Shown piece after piece: positions 45,901-54,722 of a stretch of 64,000 nucleotides of DNA. This DNA is from a virus (taxonomy: Duplodnaviria; Caudoviricetes). The notes below the pieces were generated by a model. It was given only the letters and a program-made list of their open reading frames with translations. It did no database searches and was not told the DNA's origin. The translations under genes and the position numbers were made by a program. The stretch's first letter is position 1, and each line of letters opens with the position of its first letter. The stretch lies in IMG/VR virus record IMGVR_UViG_3300006204_000010, positions 312 through 64,311 of that record, one strand, 5' to 3'.

Positions 45901-48756
45901 AGCGATTGACAACACAAGCATAGCGGCAGCCGCTCCAAGTGTCCCTTTCATCGCCTGAAGCGCAACGGCAAGAATAACCATAGAACCGGAAAGCACAGTC
46001 AGTCCTTTTCCGATTTCTTCCCAACCCATTTTCCCTGTTTCCTGAACGACTTCACCGATAATTTTAAGCGCAGCCGAAACCTCAATTAACCCAAGGCCAA
46101 GGGCAATCATGTTTTTAGGCATAATGCGCATAGAGGCGGAAACTGCCAAAAGCGCTCCTGCTACACCGGCAAGTCCCCGCGCCATCGATTCCGTATTCAT
46201 CTGTCCGAAACCAGAAACTACTTTTTCCAATATCAAAAGCGCGGCGGCAAGTTCAATCATTGCAAGGCCGCTTGAAACTTTAAAATTGCCAAACTTTGCC
46301 GCGAACATAAATGCAGAAAGCTCCGCTAATAAAACGCCGACTCCAATAAGCCCTTTTGTTAGCTGTTTGACATCTAGCTGCGCAAGCTGTTTCACTGCTT
46401 TTGTCAAAATATAAATTGCAGATGCAAATAAAATCATGCCGGCTGCGCTTGTTTTCACTTTTCCTCCCCATTTTGAAAGTATAATGGAGGAAGCCAGCAA
46501 TTCTCCAAGCAACACGGTAATGCCAATCAACGCGCCGGTTAATTTATCAGAATCAATACTCGAGATTACATTTAATGCCGCAGACAAAATCAAGATTGCT
46601 GTGGAGAATGCGAGCATCATTGTTCCGGCGCTTGCTAATTGCATTACGCCTTTTCCGCCGAGAGTTTTGCCAAACGCCGCCATTGCAGCCGAAAGTTCAA
46701 CGACTAAAACACTGAGAGCGGCAAGCGCTCCAGAAAGCTTTTCAGAATCAATCAACGCTAACACAAAAAGCGAGCCTGCAAGCACTGCGACCGCTTTTGC
46801 AATTTTCATCAACACGTCTGCTTTCAAAGCCGCCTGATAGGAAATAAGTGTATTCTTCACATTTGCTAATATCAGATTTACATTCGAAAACATGCCGTTC
46901 GCTTTAATTACAGTTTTTTGGATATGTCCAATAAAATTCATAATCCCTGTGCCTATCCCAGCCATCAAACCGCCGTTCATCAAGTCAATCAAGGAATCAA
47001 ACCCTTCTCCATGAACAGCTTTTTGCAGTCCGCCGCCAATTTTACCAAGCGTATCCACAATCATTTCCCCAAACTTTGCTAAAACAGGAGAAATTTCCCG
47101 AAATACAGCCGCCAATTTATCCAGAGCAAGTTTCACAGCCTCGCATATCTTTTGAAAAGGATTCAGCCTAGCTTCTGCCGCCGCCGCAAAATCAATTCCT
47201 AAAAAATCCGAGAATGCTTTTACAATTCCTTTGACATGTTTTCCGATTGCCTGAGAAACAACGCCTGTCACATTTCCAATTTTTTCCGCAGCGCTTCCAA
47301 ACACGCCGCTTTTTTTAATTATATCGTCTAACGCCGTAAGCCATGTTCCAATCTGCCCCGTTACCATAAGAACGGCCGAACCAAGCCCTCCCACGCCTTT
47401 TGTCATTGGAAAGATCGCCTGTACAACTCCGCCAATGATCCTTCCGGCAATATCAAGAACTGCAAACAAACCTTGAAACGTATTTCTCAAATTCACGGCG
47501 TCAACATGGCTAAGTCTCAGATTAGAAGTAAATTCTTTCAGCTTAGAAGTAAAATCAGCAAGGGCAGTGACTGCCGATTGGGGGAAAATATCCTCAAATG
47601 CGAAACGGATCGGCATGAGTATAGAAGAAATCCCCCCTAACGCATTTTTGAATATATCCATAATGTTGTAAAACGCTTCAAAAGGTTTTGCCAGATCCAT
47701 TTCCTGTAAATATTTTGCAGCGGACTGCGCCATACCTGATACCGACTTTGTAAACAATTCTGCTAATGGCCCGATATTCGTTTTTACATCATTAATTCGT
47801 TCTCTCAGAGCGTTAAAAAATTGTACCAACGGTCCATTTTGAACAATTAAAGGTGACATAAATTCTGCGCCAATTCTGGAAAGGGAAGCCTTCACATTTG
47901 ACATAGCTCCCGTAAAAGTCTCATTCGCTTTCTTTGCATGTTCTCCAAACGCATCGTCCATAGCGGCGGCAAATAAATCGAAACTAATTTCCCCTTTCGA
48001 AACCATTTCCCTGACTTCGCCTTCCGTCACCTTCGCCCCATTGCCAACTTTCGTCATATAGTCAGCCAAAGTTGCCGCGGCATTCAACCCTCTGGAAGAA
48101 AGCTGGAGCAACTGGTCTCCCATAAGCCTTCCATTTCCGGACACCGTAGTAAAGATCTGGGAAATACTCTCGTATTCACTATTCGTCATAGCCGCAACGC
48201 CGGTGATTGCCCGTAAAGACGCCTGCATCTTTTCTCCGGCTTCCATGCCCGACGCCGCAAACTGGGAAGCGGCTTTTGCAGCTTCATCATAAGCGTAAGC
48301 CGTACCGTCCACAGAATCCATCGCGTCGTCCATAACAGCCTGCACCTTTGCTTCATCTTTAAGAAGGCCTTGTAACTGGAAATGCGCATTTTCAATATTC
48401 ATCGCCCTGCGCTTTCCGCCGCCGATAATGCTGTCCGTCACAAACCCAACCGTATTCCTTCCAAACCGCATCATCGAATCCGTAAGGTTTGAAATCACAC
48501 GCATTCCAACAATCCCAAACGTAGAAAATCTTTTTTCCAACGCCGCAACTCCTGAAGCAATTCCATCAAGCGATACGTTCTTTGCCGCCTGATTCACATT
48601 ATCAAGCCCTTTTGACGCGCCGTCTAATTTCAACGACTGTTTCAACTTATCAAGCGCGCCCATCGTAGACTGCACGCCTCGTTCAAACTGATGATTATCA
48701 AACCGCATTTCAACCACGCGTTCATCAACCGCTATGCCCATCGTTTTAACCCCCAT
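39949..48756 (-). CDS. Tape measure protein (2935 aa)
   Basis: Very long Ala/Gly-rich ORF with hydrophobic central region, N-terminal tape-measure domain and repeats. Confidence 0.9.
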   Translation of the reverse strand: MGVKTMGIAVDERVVEMRFDNHQFERGVQSTMGALDKLKQSLKLDGASKGLDNVNQAAKNVSLDGIASGVAALEKRFSTFGIVGMRVISNLTDSMMRFGRNTVGFVTDSIIGGGKRRAMNIENAHFQLQGLLKDEAKVQAVMDDAMDSVDGTAYAYDEAAKAASQFAASGMEAGEKMQASLRAITGVAAMTNSEYESISQIFTTVSGNGRLMGDQLLQLSSRGLNAAATLADYMTKVGNGAKVTEGEVREMVSKGEISFDLFAAAMDDAFGEHAKKANETFTGAMSNVKASLSRIGAEFMSPLIVQNGPLVQFFNALRERINDVKTNIGPLAELFTKSVSGMAQSAAKYLQEMDLAKPFEAFYNIMDIFKNALGGISSILMPIRFAFEDIFPQSAVTALADFTSKLKEFTSNLRLSHVDAVNLRNTFQGLFAVLDIAGRIIGGVVQAIFPMTKGVGGLGSAVLMVTGQIGTWLTALDDIIKKSGVFGSAAEKIGNVTGVVSQAIGKHVKGIVKAFSDFLGIDFAAAAEARLNPFQKICEAVKLALDKLAAVFREISPVLAKFGEMIVDTLGKIGGGLQKAVHGEGFDSLIDLMNGGLMAGIGTGIMNFIGHIQKTVIKANGMFSNVNLILANVKNTLISYQAALKADVLMKIAKAVAVLAGSLFVLALIDSEKLSGALAALSVLVVELSAAMAAFGKTLGGKGVMQLASAGTMMLAFSTAILILSAALNVISSIDSDKLTGALIGITVLLGELLASSIILSKWGGKVKTSAAGMILFASAIYILTKAVKQLAQLDVKQLTKGLIGVGVLLAELSAFMFAAKFGNFKVSSGLAMIELAAALLILEKVVSGFGQMNTESMARGLAGVAGALLAVSASMRIMPKNMIALGLGLIEVSAALKIIGEVVQETGKMGWEEIGKGLTVLSGSMVILAVALQAMKGTLGAAAAMLVLSIALNVFLPCLKALGSMSLVEIGTAILALAAAFTVLGIAGAVLGPLIPAILGLSGALALFGIGVAACGAGVLALSIGLASLAASGVAGMMAFVTGLEILFVGILEIIAKSVESIANAVKAVVLAIVSVVVECAPAIVEGVLALVEEVFKALSVHAPAIVNYLMDFLIGVMNALAERLPELVQAAINLIRTFFHSVIEVLKGMDTSSLVEMVEGIGFLTAIMYALAGVAKLTPLAMKGVLGLGVVIAELAAVLAALGGLAQIPYLEWLISEGGDLLKEIGTAIGKFIGGIVGGLMSGVSSALPQIGSDLSQFMENAAPFFMGMGMITADTLAKAGFLSGILLIFGAADLIAGITSFLTGGSSLPQIGTNLSDFLLNATPFFSGLALVNEGAVKAAKNLAEMIMLFTVSDFIQGITSWLTGGSSLADFGTELVAFGPSIAEFAETVKDVKPKAVKGAASAAKIMAEVADNLPGQDGLLQKIFGDKSLADFGSELLLFGPSIALFAETVKDVKPKAVKGAAAAASIMSEMASELPETGGLKAVIFGDCTLSDFGAELVAFAPQIKKYADEVADVKPEAVTATANAAKVLSELTDSLPKTGGISEFFTGKKSLSNFGENLKAFGEGMSEYSKAVKEVDSGKITASANAAQTIAELVKMLPETGGISEFFTGEQSLSNFSGNLKAFGEGMSQYSKAVKEVDSGKITASANAAQSIAELINMLPETDSVKGFFTGEKSLSNFSENLKAFGKGMSEYSKAVKEVDSGKITASANAAQTIAELVDMLPETDSVKGFFTGEKSLSNFSENLKAFGEGMSEYSKAVEDVNSGKIVMSTNAAQTIAELVVSSSNIEKFNLAEFGKDLAAFGQSFVKYYKDTSDIDPQKLSGITSEIKKLAKMASSGITKGFSDGMKTKQSAVSDIFSSILEKALSVIKKKRSNFGVEGSAVINKFVSAVKKGGNDVKTALSVPINQSLASIRNKRPAFYSAASFLVDGFVKGVSDNASKVSKQIQLMAESALTSAQTALGIHSPSKVFTEIGGYVVDGFSNGIDLNKEKAAKSAEALAEVGVQTAKSVLESLKDSDSIFAEYVETVDENGEAVEVTLEQAAEAFKSFRNSVKDSIKDATGMFDEFKTETDIAGKQLIKNLKSQITGITEWAENMQLLAARGVNQGLLKALSDMGPSGANYVNALVTMSGKELKKMNKLYKQRLSLNDKAADEIASSFVEGGKKAAKAYDKGLTKGEMVKSGKKSLKTLAEDSVNAVSNARRKVKESFGGMFEDAVKEMKKSLDYGKGAFQQFCNIFLSGSKNIVASANAVEAASKAITAYGKKLYEESEYYKEDTKNLKAHTDSLTKLQNENSKLQKQLKKAKKSNKKDSKERVQTLKKELEANKKAISSAKDQIISDQKEIAKHTKEVYNNLRSDLSNSVAAFLDPLKASLDSGVDLFKKFESNATLYEEDKKRLAEHQKTLADLEKQRAGLQEELAKYAEMNDTDSRLRWKELYGELEELETQIEDAKNNIKQDEDDMASHSQLTVNKILENMQSQVTGVKQWKGNINKLAGKGVSEGLIAYLKNMGTDGVDYVDQFMKMTSAEISKANAIFKESQNLSAQSLLDGFKDQMKTANDFANGLNQMAKMGFGQDLLDKLGEAGPDSYDYVKAFLTMTPQQVAEFNQEYANSLKLPNTVADKVISSFAYAGSQSAAGFTSALAKMSETGSKENAALVTATNRIGESIGVMLKSNSRTAGSDMVGELAHTLKVKKPTAEKESLDLGKATLKSVKKSISKKKGKKLAKNLVDGMSNGLTDHSSRVSKTAEEVALSAYRAAKKALGIKSPSKMFAKLGAYTDAGFIEGLASGEKDVCQTASDIMGQAIKEASDLLQSDMDTEPTIRPVMDLTEIQNGVGSIGELMNDCGVSASAKLAGFAAGGIQKPGMSMEDKNAGAISRLQETLSNLLDKPAIEQHNTFTITGNDPRAIADEVSCILQKQVERRSAVWA
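43400..44150. repeat. 186-bp (62-aa) tandem repeats within the TMP gene
   Basis: gcgatt(gtt/gac)tgcgc anchors at 43406, 43592, 43778, 43964; degenerate copies continue to about 44900. Confidence 0.9.
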
Positions 48757-48765
48757 TCCATAAGC

Positions 48766-48797
48766 AATAAAAAAAGCCTCTTGCTAGGAGACTTTTT
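48766..48797 (-). terminator. Intrinsic terminator immediately upstream of the TMP gene
   Basis: Minus strand AAGUCUC-loop-GAGGCUU followed by a U-run. Confidence 0.55.
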
Positions 48798-48870
48798 CTA
48801 CATTTTGTACTTGACATATTTCAAAAACACTATATAATGAAAGAAAATACATGAAAAGGAGGCGATAAAT

Positions 48871-49017
48871 ATGATAGAATACTCTACATTCTATGAAGTG
48901 AATCATCCGTGCAAAGATGATTTGCATAAAAACGAAGAAAATCTTCGTGATAAAACTGAATTAGAGAACTATAAAAATCTAATTCAGCAGTTAGGTTACG
49001 CTCATTTCGATGACTAA
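48871..49017 (+). CDS. 48-aa antisense-oriented small protein (MIEYSTFYEVNHPCKDDLHKNEENLRDKTELENYKNLIQQLGYAHFDD)
   Basis: TTGACA-16-TATAAT at 48811-48838; AAAGGAGG SD; region is also highly self-complementary. Confidence 0.45.
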   Translation: MIEYSTFYEVNHPCKDDLHKNEENLRDKTELENYKNLIQQLGYAHFDD

Positions 49018-49145
49018 CCTAAAAAAAGGCCAAAATATAAGCGCCTTGTCAAAGTAAGAAAGAGTTATTGAAAGGAGGACTCTTCCTTAGTTTGATCTTT
49101 TCATGTATTCTCTTTCATTACATAGCGTTTCTATAAGTCTATTAT

Positions 49146-49532
49146 TCAAAGATTCTTCACTTCATTCCACGCACGCTCTGCAATCTTATCAAACACCGGA
49201 CGAACCGCCGGATTAATGTAATCCCTTCCGGCAACATATCCGCCGTTCCTTGTGCCATGCCCATACTGCAAAATAATCGCAATATTCACTCCATTTTGAA
49301 TATTTGAATTTACAAATGTAATCGAAGACTGCATCCGGTTATGGGAAATCACATAATCCCATGAAGCCGCCGTTACCCCGCTGTCTTTTGGCGTAGCGGA
49401 AGCGAGAGCCGAAACCCCCGCTTTGCCATACCGCTCTAATACATTCAGATACTCTTTTTTCAATAAGGCATGGAAAAACCTCTCTGTTTTCGAAAAATCC
49501 CCTTTATGCCGAAAAGTAATCCCTTTTATCAT
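49146..49532 (-). CDS. HK97 gp10-like tail completion/neck protein
   Basis: GVSALASATPKDSG...LQYGHGTRNGGYV.GRDYINPAVRP. Confidence 0.7.
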   Translation of the reverse strand: MIKGITFRHKGDFSKTERFFHALLKKEYLNVLERYGKAGVSALASATPKDSGVTAASWDYVISHNRMQSSITFVNSNIQNGVNIAIILQYGHGTRNGGYVAGRDYINPAVRPVFDKIAERAWNEVKNL

Positions 49533-49535
49533 TTG

Positions 49536-50291
49536 TTATAACCTCTTTGCATAATCTAAAGAAATCCAGCCCGCTCCAGACTTTAGTTTTCCCCAGCCTG
49601 TATCCGACCCTTTCCCACTCTGCGTCTCTACAATCGTAAACGCGCCAACTCCCGTATACTGCCCAGTTTTTGCATGATCCGTTCCGGGGCCTTTGCGAAT
49701 GTTTAGATACGCGCTTTCCACTTTCACTTGAAAAGAATCTTTCCCAGACGGCTTCGGCTGTTTTACAGGCGTATCCTCTTTCTTTCCACGGATTGCCGCT
49801 TGAAATTGTTCCCAGCTATGCTTCCCGGCATTAAACACATAGGGAGCTGGACAGCTCTTACCCGTCACATCATAGTGACGCAGCACGCGGTCAGCCGGAA
49901 TATTGTATTTCGCCATCAATTCCTTTGTCAGTTCCACCGCAGACGCAACCGTCGCATCCTCAAAATACCAGTTTTCATCTGCAAGCGACGCAGAGCCTGT
50001 CGTCTTTGTGCAAAGCTCAATTCCGATTGAATTTGCATTCCGGCATTCCTTATGGCGGTACTCTTTCGCCCCGCAATGCCAAGCGATGTTGGCGTCTTCT
50101 ACGCTTTGCCAAATCTCTCCGTCATACCCGACAAAATAATGGGCGGAAGCCCCTCTGTCTTTCTCCGCAAAATACTCCGCGTTCCCTTTTGCCGTTCCGG
50201 TAGCGCCGCAGTAATGAATCACAAGATACCGAATCCGGCTGGCAGTCCCTTTGTTAAAATTATACTTACTAATTAATTTGTTGATTTGCAT
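49536..50291 (-). CDS. Endolysin: N-acetylmuramoyl-L-alanine amidase (Amidase_2) plus SH3b
   Basis: YLVIHY..ASAHYFV..AWHCG..SIGIE..RHYDVTGKSCP; C-terminal YLNIRKGPG..GWISL. Confidence 0.9.
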   Translation of the reverse strand: MQINKLISKYNFNKGTASRIRYLVIHYCGATGTAKGNAEYFAEKDRGASAHYFVGYDGEIWQSVEDANIAWHCGAKEYRHKECRNANSIGIELCTKTTGSASLADENWYFEDATVASAVELTKELMAKYNIPADRVLRHYDVTGKSCPAPYVFNAGKHSWEQFQAAIRGKKEDTPVKQPKPSGKDSFQVKVESAYLNIRKGPGTDHAKTGQYTGVGAFTIVETQSGKGSDTGWGKLKSGAGWISLDYAKRL

Positions 50292-50294
50292 ACC

Positions 50295-50837
50295 TTACCC
50301 CCTTGAACCTAAATTTTTCCTCCGGGCGGCATTTAAAGCCGCATTCCTTTTCGCAAGCTGCTTTTTCCCAAGTTTCTTTGGCGCAGCGCTTTTGGCATTG
50401 CAAACGCGAATCAAGGTTAAAAGCCTGTTCAAATGCCATTTCTGGCACTCAAACGGAATATTTAACGCAATCATCCAATAATACACGACTTCCGCCGTCA
50501 CCACTTCACGCCCCGGAGGGCTTTTGTCTTCCTTCGAAAACCATGTAGCGGTCATCGGGTCTGCAATATAATCTGAAACCCGCTTCATCGCGTTTTCATC
50601 AATCCAATCATACACAAATGGGCTGACATTCTGCGTCAGCGTCATACAGCGGACATAATCCAACGTTTCTTCCGGCGATTTTTCACCTTTTCCAAGAAAC
50701 GGCTTATGCCACTTTGCTTCCCATTTTGAAAGGGAAACTAGGGAATGCTCTAAGCAAAGGGCAGTGTCCTTTGTATGAACAAATACTTCCTTCTTTTCGT
50801 CCCAAAGCTCCTTTCCCGGTATCATAAGCTGAAACAT
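50295..50837 (-). CDS. Tail assembly chaperone (second)
   Basis: Position after the first chaperone; LEHSLVSLSKWE..WHLNRLLTLI. Confidence 0.6.
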   Translation of the reverse strand: MFQLMIPGKELWDEKKEVFVHTKDTALCLEHSLVSLSKWEAKWHKPFLGKGEKSPEETLDYVRCMTLTQNVSPFVYDWIDENAMKRVSDYIADPMTATWFSKEDKSPPGREVVTAEVVYYWMIALNIPFECQKWHLNRLLTLIRVCNAKSAAPKKLGKKQLAKRNAALNAARRKNLGSRG

Positions 50838-50859
50838 TCCCTCACTTCCTTTCCGTTTC

Positions 50860-51261
50860 CTAACGATCCGCAGGCGCTTTTAGTGCGGCGGGCATTCTTC
50901 CTGCATTCTTTGGCATTACCCCTTTGACAAATGCCGAAGCGGCGTCTGCGTCCGTCGCCAGCTCCATAAAGATTTCAGAGTATGCGGCAGTCGAAGCAAA
51001 CTCGTCCCGGATTTTCTGATTCTTCACAAACTTTCGCCCGTCAAGGCTCTTTTCGCCATACGCCATAAGCACAATCTTCTTAAAATACTCTATAATCTGC
51101 TTCTGGTCGTTTTCCTGCAAAATCTTCGTCAATAGCTGGCTTAATCCCCCATTCATCGAAAGCTCCATCTCCGTAATCTCCGCTTCCGTCAAGTTGAAAT
51201 AATGATCTTCCGTCCTCTGGTTCCCATCAAAATCCTCATAAGAAATCGTTTTCTTTAACAT
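50860..51261 (-). CDS. Tail assembly chaperone
   Basis: Directly downstream of the major tail protein gene. Confidence 0.65.
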   Translation of the reverse strand: MLKKTISYEDFDGNQRTEDHYFNLTEAEITEMELSMNGGLSQLLTKILQENDQKQIIEYFKKIVLMAYGEKSLDGRKFVKNQKIRDEFASTAAYSEIFMELATDADAASAFVKGVMPKNAGRMPAALKAPADR

Positions 51262-51294
51262 ATGTATTCTCCTTTTCTATTATGATTGAAACAA

Positions 51295-51996
51295 TTAGCC
51301 TTCCTCTTTGAAAAATGCAATAATTTCATCCGGCAACGGAAGCCTTGCATCTTTACTGCCTGCTTCGTCCGTTCCATCAGTTCCATATAAAATATCCTCA
51401 AACTCTTTTAATTTTTCCGCGTCCACTTTTGTAGAATCCACCGTCAGGGAAGCCGTCGGCTTAAACGCCCTTCCCGTTTTTGGATCAATCGCAGTAATTT
51501 CCACAGGGGTAGTCGTAACCTCCCAGCTAAAAGAAATCGCTTCCGGGCTGTCATTGACGCTCTGGTATCCTTTTTCGGAAGGGGACGCTTTCGCCCCATA
51601 AATCATATGCAGCTTATAGCCATAATTCTCATTATCCGTATCATTTCCCTCAATAGTGCGGTAACAAAGCCCAAACGAAGACCTTGCCTGCTGCCCTACC
51701 ATAACGCCCGTTGCAATTTCCGCAGAGCCGTCGCAAACCGCAAATTCATCTGGATAAGTATACGCTTCAATCGTCGCCCCAAATTCCTCATTCGACATCA
51801 GACTTAAATATTTGATATTATCCGCATAAATCGCATTTGCTTCCGCGCCGGACGGGCTTTCCGTCACAGCCGTTAAACCGTTCCATGCAACGCCTTTCGG
51901 ATACGTCCTGTCCGTTCCCATCGGATACAAAACGCCGCGGTCCACACCTGTTTCATAAAAACGTTCCCCAGTTTTATCCCATACAAGTTTACTCAT
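51295..51996 (-). CDS. Major tail protein
   Basis: LVWDKTGERFYETGVDRGVLY..YADNIKY..EAYTYP. Confidence 0.8.
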   Translation of the reverse strand: MSKLVWDKTGERFYETGVDRGVLYPMGTDRTYPKGVAWNGLTAVTESPSGAEANAIYADNIKYLSLMSNEEFGATIEAYTYPDEFAVCDGSAEIATGVMVGQQARSSFGLCYRTIEGNDTDNENYGYKLHMIYGAKASPSEKGYQSVNDSPEAISFSWEVTTTPVEITAIDPKTGRAFKPTASLTVDSTKVDAEKLKEFEDILYGTDGTDEAGSKDARLPLPDEIIAFFKEEG

Positions 51997-52010
51997 AATT
52001 CTTCTACCTC

Positions 52011-52334
52011 CTAAAAATATAAAGTGAATACATCGTGGTTTAGTTGATCCGATGTAAAGTGACGGTCAAACCCGCAATACTTCAAACCTAACAGCCTCTC
52101 CGCCAGATCAGAATCCGGATCTTCCTCAATGGCCGTCACCGTATACCGGTTTAATTTTACATACGGCTGATTGTCCGCCGCATTTGTATGAATATCGCTC
52201 CGTTCATAAAGAATGCACGGATACTTAAGTTTTACTGACTCCGGTGGCTGAAAATATACATTGCGGCTTCCAAGAATCTCCTCTAAAAGCAGTTGCAGTT
52301 CTTCTCTTTGCCTAGCCATTGTATACACCTCCAA
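52011..52334 (-). CDS. Tail terminator protein
   Basis: VYFQPPES..YPCILY; position. Confidence 0.65.
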   Translation of the reverse strand: MEVYTMARQREELQLLLEEILGSRNVYFQPPESVKLKYPCILYERSDIHTNAADNQPYVKLNRYTVTAIEEDPDSDLAERLLGLKYCGFDRHFTSDQLNHDVFTLYF

Positions 52335-52626
52335 TCGTCAGCAGTAACCGAGGGCGGCAAACTTCCACATTCGAAATTTTCCATTTAGCGCCCATAAATA
52401 TCACATAACGCATAGCATGAAAATTCTCATAGGCATACGGATCAGCGACAATGCTAATCTCATTTGCAATATTCAGATTCTCATTCAACTGGCCAGAAGA
52501 TTCATACCGGCGGACATTCCTTGTCAAATCGCCAAAATACTCCCGCTCCACAATCTGTGGTTTCCATACGCCCGGTTTCGTCTCAACCGTTTCCACATAA
52601 CCGATTCTGCCGAAAAATTTTGCCAT
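52312..52626 (-). CDS. Head-tail adaptor/stopper
   Basis: Follows the capsid gene; AKFFGRIGY..MGAKWKI. Confidence 0.6.
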   Translation of the reverse strand: MAKFFGRIGYVETVETKPGVWKPQIVEREYFGDLTRNVRRYESSGQLNENLNIANEISIVADPYAYENFHAMRYVIFMGAKWKISNVEVCRPRLLLTIGGVYNG

Positions 52627-52659
52627 GCCAATCCCTCCATTTTGAATTTCATCGGCAGA

Positions 52660-54519
52660 TTAACCTACTTCCTCACTGCCAGAGCCGCTTACAGTTTCTT
52701 CTAAAGCAATCGCTGAGTACACTCTGGTAAGCGCGCCGGAACATCTGGTTTCAAGCAGTGATTTCTCCTGATTAAAATCAATGTCAAACTGTGTAAAATG
52801 AGTGACCTCGCCGCCTTTTGTCGCGCCAAGTGAATAATCAGCCAGATTTGTAATAATTGCAAGCAGCTTCTTCGTTTTGTTGTCAGAAGTCTTTCTCGTC
52901 TTTCCTTCAAACTGTTCTGCTGTGTAAATGTTCCCCACATTCAATGCAGAAGCAAGTTCCGCCTTCGAAGAATAAATCCGCCTGCCATTTAAGTCACGCG
53001 CCAAAAGCATCACATTGAGCATATGCGGCGTCAGGAATAAATCCGGAGTTCCCGTCCCTTTATACCGCTCCCTCGCATACAAAACCGTATTAATCATTGC
53101 TTCCGCCAGCACATAATTCTCTCCAAAATTCGCCCCCGTGTTTGTACCCTGAAGTTCCTTCCTTGCGGCTGCAACGTCCAAATCTACATGGAGCGTATAC
53201 AAATCGTCGTCCGTCCAAATCGGGCGGATATGGTCGCTTGAAATCTTCGCTTCATCTCCGTCTTCCCTGCCGTCGCCCAGCATAATCGCCGTCGCCAGTT
53301 CTTCATTTAACATCATCTTATCAATGTTATACAGATACTGCACATAATCGAAATCCGTTATGTCAATTATGTCATCCCGATGTAAAGCGTTTTTGACATA
53401 CACCGTCTGCGGGTCAGTCGTTCGTCTTACAAGCTTAAAATTGCCAGTCTGGGATTTCTGCTTGCCTTTCACATACCCTCTCGCCCTTAATGAATCAATA
53501 TTCCGAATATCCACCTGACTGGTACGGATTCTGGAAATCGGGCTTTTATGGACTTTGCTCATTACTACAGAAATCCAGCCCTGATCGCTTGTGATTAGTT
53601 CCGGCGCTCCCGGCCTTACTTCTTTATACTCTGGAAATAAGTTATAAATATTTCCCTCTCCAGTCTGTACAAACCCGCTGCTTACCGCATCATGCTTTAA
53701 ATCATTCTCTGCGGCATAGATTTCAAGGGCAGTCTGGAATGTGCCAATCTGGCTGGACTTCGCCATGCCGACAATCGTCTCCTGATCAGAATGGCTTAAT
53801 ATGCTGTCTTTTGCCTGTCCCTCATTTTCAAATACATTATGTTTCATTGTGTCGTCTCCTCCTTCATTCTTTTTGCCGCCGTCAGATTCGCCATCCTTTC
53901 CCATGGCTTCCCCGACCAACGCATAAACAACCGTTTTCTGTTTTTCGCTCAGGTTATCAAATATCTCTTTTACCGTTTCGCCTTCTTCCGTTTTCTTTTC
54001 CTCCTTCTTTGTTTCTGGTTCTTCGCTGCCTTTTGAATCCATTTTTTCCTCCTTCTTCTCGTCGGAATGGGATAAACTAAGCGGTTCCCCAGTATAAATA
54101 ATGCCTTCTTCTTCTGACTCCTCCCCATGGGCAAGCACGGAATCAATAAATGCCCCGGGATTCGCTCCGGCTAATACAAGACTAACTTCCCGGATCGCGC
54201 CATGAAGCACATTTGCCCCTTGCTGTTTCAACTGATTCGCATAAATAGACAATGCCGAAACATCGCCATGCTCTACCAGCAACTTTGCATTTTTGCCGGA
54301 TTCCGTATCATTCAATGTACAATACGCATAAACGCCGTCATCTCTGTTTTCAAGCAGCGCGTGCCCAAGCACATTATACGGCTCATTGTGCCTATGGTTC
54401 CATACCAGTGGAACCGTCTGCCCGTCATTTTCCTTAAATGCGTCTTTTAAGATTGTGCGCCCATCGGAACACTTTAAGTTATTGCGGGTAGCCCAGCCAC
54501 TAAAATCAAATTTCTTCAT
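52660..54519 (-). CDS. Prohead protease - scaffold - major capsid protein fusion (HK97 fold)
   Basis: N-terminal LVWNH..LSI..EVSLV..ANP.A protease motifs; acidic linker; capsid domain. Confidence 0.85.
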   Translation of the reverse strand: MKKFDFSGWATRNNLKCSDGRTILKDAFKENDGQTVPLVWNHRHNEPYNVLGHALLENRDDGVYAYCTLNDTESGKNAKLLVEHGDVSALSIYANQLKQQGANVLHGAIREVSLVLAGANPGAFIDSVLAHGEESEEEGIIYTGEPLSLSHSDEKKEEKMDSKGSEEPETKKEEKKTEEGETVKEIFDNLSEKQKTVVYALVGEAMGKDGESDGGKKNEGGDDTMKHNVFENEGQAKDSILSHSDQETIVGMAKSSQIGTFQTALEIYAAENDLKHDAVSSGFVQTGEGNIYNLFPEYKEVRPGAPELITSDQGWISVVMSKVHKSPISRIRTSQVDIRNIDSLRARGYVKGKQKSQTGNFKLVRRTTDPQTVYVKNALHRDDIIDITDFDYVQYLYNIDKMMLNEELATAIMLGDGREDGDEAKISSDHIRPIWTDDDLYTLHVDLDVAAARKELQGTNTGANFGENYVLAEAMINTVLYARERYKGTGTPDLFLTPHMLNVMLLARDLNGRRIYSSKAELASALNVGNIYTAEQFEGKTRKTSDNKTKKLLAIITNLADYSLGATKGGEVTHFTQFDIDFNQEKSLLETRCSGALTRVYSAIALEETVSGSGSEEVG

Positions 54520-54540
54520 TTTGAATTTTTACCTCCAAAC

Positions 54541-54575
54541 AAAAAAAATCCCACAGATCATTTAAGATCTATGGG
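54541..54575 (-). terminator. Intrinsic terminator just upstream of the capsid SD
   Basis: cccacagatc/gatctatggg stem with an 8-nt U-run on the minus strand. Confidence 0.6.
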
Positions 54576-54722
54576 TAAATCTGAATTGTTCCATTTATTA
54601 AATTTTTATAATCTGATTGATTTTTTAAAGTGCGCTATACTATATATATTAAAACAAAAAATACAGTATACTATATATAGAAACAAAGTATAGCACGCTG
54701 TATAGAAAAAGGAGGAATGACC

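Noticed and set aside
40028-46837. Many long plus-strand ORFs opposite the TMP gene, also opposite the polymerase and RNAP genes
   Set aside because: These are in-register antisense shadows of strongly biased coding frames, with no SDs or recognisable domains.
50295-51261. Programmed -1 frameshift between the tail chaperones
   Set aside because: No clear XXXYYYZ slippery site near the end of the first ORF, and the second ORF has its own SD and ATG.
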